Shown: positions 12,266-24,697 of the stretch, piece by piece | Position numbering within the stretch: the first letter of the stretch is position 1 | Layout: the number at the start of each line of letters is the position of its first letter | NCBI GenBank assembly: GCA_010909165.1 | Contig: VJWM01000063.1 | Span: 558,001 to 622,000 of the forward strand | Length of the DNA: 64,000 nucleotides | Direction: 5' to 3' | From: Anthoceros angustus | Lineage: Eukaryota > Plantae > Anthocerotophyta | Notes under the pieces: generated by a model | Seen by the model: only the letters and a program-made list of their open reading frames with translations | Told to the model about the DNA's origin: nothing | Database searches by the model: none | Made by a program: the position numbers and the translations under genes

Positions 12266-14056
12266 TCAAGGTGCAGTCAGGAGCAAGCGCCGGCTGGAGG
12301 CAGAGCCGAATCCTTTGATGATCACTTCAGTTTCGTGGACATCGACCACGCCGTAGGCTGTTGTGTCTGGTGGTGCCTCCAGGATTGCCTCGAAGGTTAC
12401 AAAATGTGTGTTGCCAAGACAAGCGTAGCCTCCTACATGGTAGTGACCTGGAAGAGAGAGCATGCAGCATGTTAACAGGCAAGCACGTTGGTTCTTGGGG
12501 CAAGAGAATTTGAGAAAAGCATGTGAGAAGAGAATTTGGGTTTACCACAAAGAAGAGCTTCACTGCTGAGCTCTTGACCAACATGGATGCCACCTGATGG
12601 ATCAGCCAGTAGTTTTAGGAATGAGATGCCTCAAAAGCACACGATTTTGTCACGAAGCTGAGCTCTGTGGTGCAGTTTTTCAGAACCTCTTCGTGGTTCC
12701 ACAGAAGATGGGTAGGAGGACATGATCCGACTCCCACAGGGTGATGAGCCGCTACAATCAGCTTAGTCCCATCTCTACACGCACCATTGCCCATAGACAA
12801 AGCATGGTTTCAGACACCACTCAAAGTCTCGGAAGCCAGAACAGGCCGAAGAAACATAATGCTGGGACAACTGTCACGCTTTTGAGCAGCTAGAATATTT
12901 GAGATCAAGACAAATCATGAACCAACCTCTCAGCGCTAGCTATTATTTCAGCCAGCCAAGCTTTCTGCTCTGCCCCAATACCCCCATTCCAGTCTACAGA
13001 CTGTGGGTACACATCGCTCAGCGGGTGAGCTTCTAGATACTTAACTGCTTCCTGCATCACCAGAGAACAAGTGGAAGGGACACATGAGCTAGAAATCTCG
13101 TTTGAATAATCACAGTGTAGCAGAAGCTCGTATACCAAACAGCTACGGATGTACTGGCCTGGTAGTTAGCTGAATCTTCTGGCCACCTTAGACTTACATC
13201 CATCGAGTCCAGCACGACCTGCAACAACCAAACCCAGAGGAGTAATACTCTGACTTTCATCAGGAGTCTAGAGGGAGAAGGCTTGGCGTTCCAGGAAGGC
13301 AGGAGAATGAATATACCAAAGCCCAGCTTGGTGCGATGTCAGCTCGGTAGTAGCGGCTCTTCATGGCCAGCTTTGACAGCATGACATCTCTTGGCAATGC
13401 CAAACAATGATTGCCAAGCAGATGATAAGCAGGGACCTCAAGCTGCAAATCCATGCAACGTTAGCTTACACCTGCTAAGTTGTTTGAGCTGTCAACAGCC
13501 AAGGAAACCTTCCAACCCTCATACCTTGGCAAGACCGTCCAGGACAACATTGAAATCCTCCAAACTCTTCTCTGATGTAGTGTTACCGTCGATTATGTCA
13601 CCCAAAGTCAGGACAAACCTACACAACATCCAGGTCACATCACTGATGAACCAAGGTTATCCCATGCAAGCTGAAAGCAGGACAGTATGTGGGTTAACAA
13701 TTCCTTCAAAGCACGTTTTCAACATATAGCAGCATTGCAACCTCTTCTTGTCCTTACGGCAGGTCTTGCTTCAGAGCATTGAATGCCGTCACTGCTGTTT
13801 CCAGCTTCCCTGCTGCTTCCCGGTATCGTTGAACACGTCCTTCATACCCCTGCACCACCAACAGCCCACAGTCCATTGGAGAAAACCAAGCAGAAGCATC
13901 CGTACAGCAAGAAAGACCATGCCCCCTACATACAGAGACGACAATACCTCCATTCTCTTTATCCGCATACTGCACGTCAGCAATCAAGCCGAAAGAAAAC
14001 AGAGGCTTCTTGACAGCAGATAACGGTAAACCCTCCATGTTTCTTTTTCCACTCAT
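12266..14056 (-). CDS. Mn-dependent ADP-ribose/CDP-alcohol diphosphatase-like (calcineurin-like metallophosphoesterase), full-length multi-exon copy
   Basis: Metallophosphoesterase motifs in order across exons: IADVQYAD, LGDIIDG, LLGNHCL, WNGGIGAEQKAWL, AAHHP, PGHYHVGGY; stop TGA at 12266. Confidence 0.85.
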
Positions 14057-14706
14057 GTTTCTTCTACCAGTCCAACAGTTCTGTATTATGAATTGCACAG
14101 ACGTCTCACAACACGAGACTCATATCCAGCTTGCAAACAAATGGATCATACCTCACATGACAAACCAGGGAAGAATGTCTCTGGGTAGATCTACAACCAG
14201 CCACTTCTCAGACTCTTCCCCCAATATTGCACCTGAAGGGAAACTCCCTGGCCAGTTCCATATCCAGCTCCTTTGAATATTCCCTTCCGATCCGAATCAC
14301 CCCATGTTTTTGTGATAGAAGCCCTCTTGCAACTTAAACCACATTTCCCAAAACTCAGGTGCGGAGTCACTTGGGGCTATGATATCGTGTTGAAGTATGA
14401 GAAAATGAAAGATAGAACAAGAGCCTTATAATATGAATTAAAATATAAAAGAATAAAATAATAACAAGAATTTTATAGCAGAGCGCATAGGCTTAAGATA
14501 TCAAAAAGTATAACATTAGGACCTTTATATAGGAGCGTGAACTACATTGATAAGAGATTATTATAATAGTTCTCCTATTACTTATAATAGTTCTCCTCAT
14601 GAAAGTCCCATTTCGTTTAGGAACTCCTCATAGTTCTCCTCCATGTAAAAGTATCTCGTCATGAGTTGTCATCAAACTCCTCCTTGTAAAAACGAAGTTC
14701 TCCCGG

Positions 14707-15300
14707 CAACCGTGTGTCCTTCAAAGCTCACAATGGTTATGGTTCATCTTCATATGGGGTCTTTCTGTCTCATGATTGAGACCAAACCATGTGTCCTTCA
14801 AGCTCACAATGATTATGGTTCATCTTCCATGGGTCTTTCTAATCATGAGACCGAACCATGTGTCCTTCAAGCTCACAATGATTATGGTTCATCTTCATAT
14901 GGGGTCTTTCTGTCTCATGATTGAGACCGAACCATGTGTCCTTCAAGCTCACAATGATTATGGGTCATCTTTGTATGGGGTCTCACCATCTCAAGATTGA
15001 GTATGATAGATGGCAGAATCGAAGGCCACTTGGAGAGACCAAAATATGAGTATGATAGATGGCAGAATCGAAGGCCACTTGGAGAGACCAAAATATGCAG
15101 GTTATGCAATAAGGATGTTGAGACCAAAATATGCAGGTTATGCAATAAGGATGTTGAGACTGAGAAACGGTGTCTTCTTATGCCTCGTCCTACGAAGACA
15201 TCTTCACGAGGTTTTTTTACTATCAAGGCACTGGAGAGTTTATTAAAAAGAAGAGATGGGAAAACCCATCTACCCCGAACTGAAGGGGAACAACCCACTA
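14707..15300 (+). mobile_element. Degenerate LINE ORF2 3' end with internal tandem duplications, copy 2
   Basis: Same repeat units as 1131-1700; RPLGETKICRLCNKDVETKICRLCNKDVETEKRCLL. Confidence 0.65.
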
Positions 15301-16349
15301 AAGGGCGAAGAACCAGGGGGCCTAGCCCCCACGAATGCCAACCCGGAAGCTACCTATCGCCCCGATCATGTCGTGGTCCAAGATGAGGAAAGGCCTGCCT
15401 ACTGGTGCTGATAATGCCACGTCTCCTACACTCGTTGCCGTCCTATAAATAGCATTGGCCAGCGCCCTCTACAGGGCGATGGATACCCACTTTCGAAAGA
15501 AAGGCACCAGCGAGGAAAGAGGGAGACCCACCCCGTTCCGACGACTGTGGTAGGCTTTTGCACAATTCTTAATGAGCCGGGAAAAATCCTTGCCCGTAGC
15601 CCTATGAGTCTCAATGGCAAGGGGGATGAAGGCGTGGCCATCCTGCAAAGGAGTGTACTTGTATACCTTGGCAGTCGCTCCTCCGCCTAGCTCGGAGGGT
15701 TGATAATGACATGCTCACAATGGAGTTTCAGATAGGAACACAATAATTCTGTAAGGAGGTTAATATACACTATGGGGGTTTTGTGCCTTTTATACGCCTA
15801 ATGGGGTTTCCAATGGGTCTTGAATGAGGGTTTTCTGGCACTTGGTCCGAAAAAGGCCTTAGAAAAAGGGTGGACACTTGCACTGAACATAACATTCATG
15901 TCCATATCATGCCGGCAAAGGGTATGGACGACAGATTGTCCTTCAGTTTAGGACCAGTTAATCCCCATGTATGAGGACCATTAGTGCCGGTAAAGGTGTA
16001 AAATTATGACCATTCTACGGTAAATTTATGGTTAAGCATGGTAAGAATAGCCTCCACCTTCGGGTTTCATACAAGACTTTGAGAACAATCATGACCATTG
16101 GATTTTGAGGGTCCTCAACTCCTGAGGAGACCCTCATTCTTGACAATTTGAGTCACAAGACGAGGCCAACCGACGCCTTGGGGACCGCCAGACCGACTCC
16201 TTATTTGCGGGCAACATCGCGTCTATTTACACGGCAGTCTCAAAGTAATGCATGCTCCACGTTTTGGCGGGTACCTAAACATGCCCATATATTCTTTGAG
16301 AACGAAGCTGCACATAGTATATTACGAATGTCCCTTGCTTCCATTCCCC

Positions 16350-18751
16350 CCACCCTCACCTTTTCTTGCCACGCTGCCGCTTCCGCCTCTGCTGTTCTCA
16401 CCTCTGCCCGCTCCACCTTCCCTTTCAAATTTTGCTATCCTCCCCATGCAAACCAATCTCCTCCGCCATCCCTGATTTGATGCGGATTGTAAGCGCATGC
16501 GCTCTCAATTGCATCTCACTTTGCGCCAACTTAAACTCCTCCCTGGATCCCATCATTCCGCTTTTTACAAAGCTACTGTCAAGCCTTACAAAGCCTTCAT
16601 CTCCATGAACAAGTCCCAATTCATCCAAGCTGAACACACCCGTCTTATCTCTCTGCTTCGAACGTCCCCCGGTGGCTCTGCCTTTGGGAAGGAATTCCAC
16701 ACTCACTCCCCCATTCTTCTCAAAGTCAACCCTGAACTCCTCTCCTATGTTCATAGTCTTTACCACATCCCCTCTGCCCTCCCTACCCCCGATTCCTCTG
16801 ATCCTGGTCTCAGGTTTTTCACTGCCAATCTCGTTGCCCATGCTATCTGGAAACTCAAAAGTGGTACTATAACTACTGACCCTACTGGTATCCCCGGGGA
16901 TTTATTCCGGTTTGTTGACTCTACCTCCTTCTCCTCGCATCTTGCCTCTCTGTTTAATGATGCTTTGTCTTTCGGTTTCCCTGATTCTTGTTGTGAGAAT
17001 GATATCCACTCCATTCTCAAGGCTGTCGACCCTTATCTCCCTTCTAATTACCGATTTATCATCATGGAGTCTATCTATGCTAAGATCATTAGCTATTGTT
17101 TGGAGACTTTGACTACTTCTTGGGTTGAGGAGGCTAAGGTGCGTGCTCGAGGATAAGCCGGTTTCCGCCCCGGTCGGAATACTTTGGATCATCTTTTTAC
17201 CCTCCAGGCTATTGTTGAGGGGGCTCGACATCTGAAGAAGCACGTCTACTGTTGTTTTGTTGACTTTAAGCGAGCTTTCAACTCTATACCTTGGGATAAG
17301 TTGTTTGACAGACTTAAGTCTCTTAAGATGCATCCTCATTTGTGGCATGCTGCTACCCTTCTCTACAAAAGGGTCTTTGCTCGAATCAATACTCCTCGCG
17401 GTTTGTCTTCCCACCAGATCCCTATCCAACTTGGCGTTCGCGAGGGCGACCCTTTCTCCCCAAATCTCTTCGGGTTGTATATTGATGAGCTTGAGGAATG
17501 GCTTCTTCGATCTGGCGACCCTGGTGCTCGGCTATTTCTGGAAAGTATTCGTATTCTTATATATCCGGATGGTATTGTTCTTTTATCTCATTCCCCATAG
17601 GGCCTGCAAAGGCAACTGGATGTTTTATCCTTTTTTCGCAAAACCAAGGACCTCTTTGTTAATCTGCGCAAGACCAAGATTATGCGGTTCAACACTCGGG
17701 ATTACAAGGATGATTGCAAATTTTATTATGATGGTTAGGAGGTGGAGATGGTCCCATCCTATACTTATCTTGGTATCACTATTTTCAGTCCTAAATTCAA
17801 CTGGACCTCCTCTGCCTCCTCCCGCGCTACCAAGGGGATGGGCTCTGTTTGTGCTTTGCGCCGTTCTTTATACAGGATGAATCTACAGGATATCAATCTT
17901 CGGAAGCAGCTGTTCAACACTTTGATAATTCCCTCTGCCTTGTATGGCGCTGAAATTTGGGGCCCCGATCTTTTCCCTTCTTCTTGGGCCAAGGTGGAAA
18001 GGGTTCAATCTTCTTTTCTCCGCGCTCACATTGCTTGTAAGCGCTCGACTCCATTACCCATCCTCCTTTCTGAATTCGCCACCTTTTAAAACCCTTGAAC
18101 TTGATGGTCTTTTTCGCCTCTCATCCTTTCTTTACGGCCTCCACCTCCTTGCTATTGCTAATCCCATTTTGGATCCCCTTACCTCCCACCTTCGTGTCCT
18201 CCCGCCACTCTAGCTCAATCGACCCACGCAAGTGCTTGATGAGGCGTGGTTGGGGAGAACGAAGATCGTCCATGGGGAAGAACGATGGTTTTGATGACCA
18301 AGTAGAGCACACGTAGAACTTAGAAGTGGTTATACATCTGTTGGCTCAAGGCCCGGATGAGGCTGATTGGTCCTCATGAGGGACCATTCGCGCGAGCCGC
18401 TGATATGCTTGCTTTAAAGTTTACCGTTTTTGTCCAAGTCAATGTGGACGCTGCCATGTCGGCGTTCACACACAACCTTCTTTTGTTTCTTTCAAAGTAG
18501 AACCATGTTTAGTTTTGATCTGAATTTATTGAATGGTGTCCATGAACACATCACGGAGGGCGCCGCCGCCCTAGATGTCTCTATCATGTCAATGGAAAGA
18601 ATGCAGACTTTCTGTTTGTGGGTGGAATAACAAGGGTAATGTCATTTTGAAGAATGGGCTAAAACCCTCTTTTGAGGACTGTGTCGATTTCGTGAAGGGT
18701 GTCCAAAACAAAAAGAAAGGGGTTCGTATATTAACCTCCTTACAGAATTAT
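16350..18751 (+). mobile_element. Degenerate non-LTR reverse transcriptase (RTE/L2-like), copy 2 (cleaner)
   Basis: AGFRPGRNTLDHLFTL, CCFVDFKRAFNSIPW, GVREGDPFSPNLFGLYID, YPDGIVLL, YTYLGI, FNTLIIPSALYGAEIWG; in-frame stops. Confidence 0.9.
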
Positions 18752-19809
18752 GGTGTTTAGGGTCCATTACTACGACATCTGCAATAAAGATTTAGTCCCC
18801 TCGGATCAGAAATAGATCTGCCCTGAGCGACATCCTATTGCGCAGGGTACATGGACACTCCCTGTATGGAAAATAACCGTCAAGAACATGACATCGCGAA
18901 CGGCGTCATGCGTAGCGCTACTGTGTCCTCCAATTGGACAGCAAGCTAGGTGGGACCCTAAGTCTTCGAGGGAGGCCCCACAGCTACAGGCTGAGAGAGA
19001 ACAGGCCAAAGGCTGGACCAAACCTAGGCAAAACCTCATCGCAGTAGAAAAAAAAGCTGGTGCAATTCAGAACACCTGGATGCAAGGCCAAGCCAAAAGC
19101 CTACTCCCTTTCCCGAGCAAGAGCAGATGTGGGCACGAATAGGCTGGGGAATACTAGAGTCCAAAAAGATTGCCCACTACACGTGCTCCTAGAGAGAGGC
19201 TTGAAGGCCACATAGCCCTTCCATGGAAAACGAGAAAAAGGGAGGCATGGCCGTCCTGGCCTCAGAGGAAAGGGAGTCCCTAGCCAACTTAAGGGAAGCC
19301 TGCAAAGGGAAGGCCCCCTCCTTAGCGCTCGAAACGAAGGCCTCCAAGATGGGAACATCCTGGATTAAGAAAAGAGCGGTGAAGATGGGGGCAAAGAGGG
19401 CCCAGCTCCCAAGGAAGGCCGTTGACACCGAGGCCTCCATGGCCAACAAACCTGTGCCCCTAGTTTTGATAGGAAGGGACGTCTGCCGCTAAGCAAGGCC
19501 CTCTGCGGCACACTTGAAGGTCCCCGGCCCGACAATGTCTCCAAGTGCTTGCAAAATCTGTAAAACAAAATTCCACAAGCTTAATAGAAAAGCTGGGGAG
19601 GGAGCCACCGTCTTGGTGAGGTAACCCGGCCGACGCTCGAAGCAAGACGAAAGGATGCCAAACGCTACTTGAGGGTCCCTTAATAGAGATAGGTCATCAA
19701 CGTGGGCCAAGTCCTCCCTCAAAGCCTTATCCACAAAACCCTGAGTAAAGGCCGAGGTCCCATACTAACCCTCAAGAAGCTAAGTCCATGCGTAGGAACA
19801 ATGTCCCCA
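18752..19809 (-). mobile_element. 3' part of an RLE-type (CRE/NeSL-like) non-LTR retrotransposon, copy 2
   Basis: CSCGASLEDLGSHLACCPIGGHSSATHDAVRD (CCHC-type), then RADLFLIRGD.IFIADVVVMDP after a frameshift. Confidence 0.6.
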
Positions 19810-19819
19810 ACAAATTGAA

Positions 19820-21739
19820 TTGTAGCTAGCCTTGACAACGCACACGCAGAGCGGAAGCAAGAGACACAATCAAAGTAGAAGCATATTTGGTAATAACTTG
19901 ATGTTATGCAACTAGTTGTCTTATGAAATGATGATAAACACCAATGTGCTTAGTTAGGGCATGATACTTAGCATTCTTAGTCGCGCTATCGACATGTTAT
20001 CACAATGCAATAAAGTAGGTAAACTTGTGCTTGATCCATATCGCCAACAAGGATCTACTAGCTACTACCTCCTCCACCAAGTATCAAAGATACATACTCA
20101 CTCGATTGAACTCAATGACACACTCTTTTGCTTCTTACATGTCCATGAAAGAAGCACTACACATGATAAAACAATAACTAGACAAGCTTTTCTTGGTGAT
20201 GGATCAATCGACCAATTAGCATCAGACCGCCCTCAAGCGAGAAGCCTACTGTTCCTCATCTCTTATATTGAAGGCCCTACATGCATAGTCCAAGAGAGAT
20301 ATCTATAGATGCATTTTACACCAATGAGCCAAACTGGATTAGAAAGGAATTGTGATAGAATGGAAACGCATGAGTAATATTTGGACGAGTCCGCCACTAA
20401 GGAAGAGTAGGCATCCAACCCTCTTTATAAGGTGTGTAGCATCCTCTCTCTCGCTCCTCATCCGTAGTAGGGCTCCTCGGTAGATATAGGGTCTAACCAA
20501 GCAAGTGTTGTAGTTCGAATCTGCCTCGAGCTTAAAACGATTAAGAAGATCCTTAACATACTTAGATTGGAAAATACTAAGTGTACCTTCTCCCCTATTC
20601 CTAGAAATCTGCACTTCGAGATAATAGGTAAGAGTTCCAATATCCTTCATCTTGTAAGAGTCTTCTTCACTTCCAATAGCAAGTCCTCACTGTTAGTCGC
20701 ATTAATGATGTCATCCACATATAGGGCAATTATAACAGGCTTGCCATGGATGGATGAGAATGTAGACTTCCTACGCAAGGATCCTTGCGTAGGAAATATA
20801 CATTCTCATTAGAATCACAATGAATAAACCAATCTTGATAAGTATTCCATCAATATGAGCATACCACTTCAAAGGAAATTGTTTGAGTCCATAAATATAT
20901 TTTATGGACTCAATTAAGCCTACACACTAAATCTCTGGTTTTAGGATCTATAAACCCTTCATGTTGATCCATATAAATGAGCTCCTCTAATTTACCATAT
21001 AGAAAAGCAGTGGTAATATTCATTTACTGTAAATCTAAATCTAACTCAACAGCTAGTACTAGCAAGTACCTAATAGTCTAAAGTTTAACTACTGGGGGAA
21101 ATGTTTCATGATAATCTACTCCTAGGACTTGACTATACCCCTTGGCACACAAATGTGCCTTATAATGCTCTACACTACCATGAGCTTTGAACTTGTACGA
21201 AAGACCCACTTACATTGAATTGGCTTCCTACCATAAGGGAGCTTAACTAATTCCCAAGTATTATTCTCTATTAAACTATTATATTCAAATAATATGGCTG
21301 CCTTCCATTTCTCCTTGTTAGATCCAGACAAAGTTTCTTCACGTGTAGCAGGTTCAATAAGATCAATAGCTGCTATATAAGCTTGAACTAATAAGGCGTG
21401 GGCAGAGACTAGTGGGTTAACATAATTTAATCTAGGTTCATTTTCCAAATCAAGTAAATTGCCAACTAAAAATTATTATTGTGGATATTTGAAATGGCAT
21501 GGAAAACGGGCTCCAAAATTGGATCGGCAGAGGAAGCATCTGCAGACACACCTACGGAGGAGCTGCCATGTCTAGATCTTTGTCGCCAAGATCCCATGTG
21601 GTTTGAGGCAAGCCAACCAGGAGGATTGCATGCCCTTGTGGATTGGCGCGGTGCAGGGAGAGGTGGCTGTTATGCAGGCACACCCTGAGGATCTGCGCGG
21701 ATCGTAGATCCGCGTCGGGAAATATGGGAGAGGATCCGA
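19820..21739 (-). mobile_element. Ty1/copia RT-RNaseH fragment; second copy of 31634-33597
   Basis: NNTWELVKLPYGRKPIQCKWVF; collinear with 31634-33597 apart from small deletions. Confidence 0.9.
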
Positions 21740-22543
21740 TGCAAGAGTGTACTTAATCTATTATTGCATGAGTGAACTTAAAAATGTGGAAGTATACTTG
21801 AAAATGTGGAAGTATACTTGAAAATGTGAGAATTCACAACGGAGGATTTCCAACTTCTCAACGTGCCAATCTCTTTTCGAACTTCTCAACGTGCTAAACT
21901 TTTGATTATGCTTCACACCACTAATCTTAAGCCCAATACGTAATAGCGTTAAACATGAATGGTTTTCTTGTTTTGTATATTTCTCTTTATCAGTGCCATG
22001 AGGGAATTTCGTCCCGGTAGGCATGTTCCACCTCCGAGTCGGCGTTGTTGGCAATTTGGCAGACCTCACCTGGTCAGCCAGGCTTTCAGAGTGAGCTAAT
22101 CCAGGCCTTCAGGTACACCGTTTGGGTGACTGATGATAACTCTAGCGCCGGGTGACTAGTTTGTCCGCATCCTTGTCCCGAACCTTGTCGCGGTATCTCA
22201 TGGCCGTTCGCTTGAGAGCTTCTGCTGGCGCACCGGAGCTTATTGATCTTGGCCAACTGACCAGGTTCGGCCCCCAAGTCTTACTCCACAAAAACAATAC
22301 TCGCAACCTAGAATCTTACTCCACAGAAGGCAATGCAGCGAATACTGTGGTTAGCATCATGCTTTGCTGTCTCACGTCGAGAGACATATTCTCGAAAGAT
22401 TATGAACCCCATCCGTTTGTCTTCCTCTGTAGCCGCCTGCGCTGTACGCGTTGTGCCGGCTTCAGACAAGTGTGGCCAACTAGCCTCTCACGATCCACTG
22501 GCCGCGTCCATGCCTTCCATAAATCCTGGAGCCGCAAGAGCGA

Positions 22544-24686
22544 ATGGATAGTTCCTCACGCGCTCTTCCAATGGCGAACACGAAAGCCTTCTTGCTTGCT
22601 TTCGTGGCCTTAGCTCTCATACTCGGCAACTCTGCTTCGGGATTCGAGATAATCGAGGCGGCCATCTCAGACGTGCAGCTGGCATTCCGGGAAGGAAGCC
22701 TCACCTCGGTCCAGCTAGTGAACCTCTACCTCCAGCGAGTGGCACAATAACTCCCAGCTCAACGCCATCATCGAGATCAACCCCGATGTCCTGTACTGGG
22801 CCAAGAAAGCCGATCAAGAAAGGTGAAAAACGCCTCGATGCATCTGAGGCTGGTTCTGTAAGAAATGACACAGGACGAGACCGTGATTTCTTCCTTGCAT
22901 GTCCGGCCAGGGTTGCGGCAGGCGGACACGTCGGAGGCCTCCACGGCGTCCCGGTCCTCCTCAAGGACAACATCGGCACCATAGACAAGCTCGACACCAC
23001 GGCAGGATCCTTTGCGCTGCTCGGCTCCAAAGTGACCACAGAGGCGTTCATCGTGAAGCTCCTGCGCCGCGCGGGTGCCATCATCTTCGGCAAGGCCAAC
23101 CTCAGCGAGTTCTTGCACTTCCGCTCCCTCCAGCAACCGCAAGGGTTCAGCCCTAGAGGCGGCCAAACCAACGTAGGCAACCGTGTCACGCAATTTGCGA
23201 ACGCATGAAATTCATGCCGCTCTTCCTTCCAGATCCAATGCCTTCACCTTCTGCAATGTAATCCCCTGTGATGTGCCTCTGCAGGATGCGTACAACGTGA
23301 CGCTGAACCCCGGCGGCAGCAGCTCAGGCCCGGCAGTGGCCGTCGCGGCCAACTTGGTGCTGCTCTCCATCGGCACCGAGACACAAGGCTCCATCACCGT
23401 GCCAGTCAGCAGGAACGCCGTTGCGAGCATCAAGCCGACCCCGGGGCTCACCTCTCGCACCGGGATCGTCCCCATCTCCTTCAGCGTTGATTCGCCGGGG
23501 TAAGCGTCTCCTAACATTCCAAACATCCCGTCACAATCTCCACAAAGCTTCGCACATTCCTCGATTGTAACGCAATCGCACGGAAGACCGAATGCGGAAA
23601 GGAGGTCAGGTTTCGCGCCTCGACATCTCACTCACTCTTTGGAACAAACCAAACCACAGGCCCGTCGGGAAGTACGTCGAAGACGTCGTAGCGCTGCTGG
23701 ACGTGATCGCAGTACCGGATCCAGCCGATCCTGGCAGCGCATTCAGTTGCCAGCGGCCATCTGGTGGGTACCAAGCGCACAAGCTGCTCGACGGGCTGGT
23801 CGGCAAGCGCATCGGCATCGCGCGCGACTTCTTCCAAGGCCTTCCCGACTTCAAGATATCGGCCCTCGAAACCGTCATCTCCGTGCTGATGTAAGAAGCC
23901 CTCTCCCGTCCCGGATTCGAGCACGCGACCAATTAAGTACAGCGAGGCCACGGCCTCTACCACTCCGGCAACACTCACACCTCGCTTTCTCCCGGTGCAG
24001 CCAGCACGGCGCGATAGTCATCGACAACACCATCATCAACCCCGCTGTGTTCAGCCAGATCTTCAATGGCGTGGCGCCGTTCACGGCGCCGCTCACCGCC
24101 GACAAGTTCCTGCTCATCTCCGACTTCAAGGTGAACATCAACGATTATCTGGCCACGCTGAAGAAGAGCCCCGTCGCAACGCTAGAGGAAATCATCGCCT
24201 TCGATCAAGCCGATCCCCGGGAGGTACGTTCTCCAAAACCATCTCCAAATCCTGTCTGGAGAAAAACCTCTCCACAAACTGACTGGGAAGAAACGGGGTG
24301 GCTCCCTTTGGCGATGGCAGCAATTCAGCAAGTTCCCCGACGAACTGTTTATCGCAGCGCAGAACCTGACTTCGGGGCAGTCCAGCCAGGCGTACTTGCT
24401 GGCGCAGCAAATCGTGGCGGGGCAGAACCAGCAGGGGCTGGTGCAGGTGTTCAGCGACAACCACCTGGACGCACTACTAGCGCCGGCAGATAGCAACATC
24501 AATGTGCCAGCCTCGTTTGGGGGATTTCCCACTTTCACTATCCCGGCGGGCTACAATCCCACGTCGGGCCTGCCGTTCGGGGTGTCCTTCCTGGGGAAGC
24601 CTTGCAACGAGGCCACGCTGATTGAGGTTGTGTTCCCTCTGGAGGGGATTTTGGGGATCAGGGCATCGCCCCCGGCGTTTCCTTGA
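22544..24686 (+). CDS. Amidase-signature family protein, copy 2 (apparent 2-nt deletion at ~22748)
   Basis: Same six exons and K/S/S catalytic motifs as 6925-9057; last exon open to [39 protein letters not shown]. Confidence 0.9.
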
Positions 24687-24697
24687 ATGTTTGTGGG

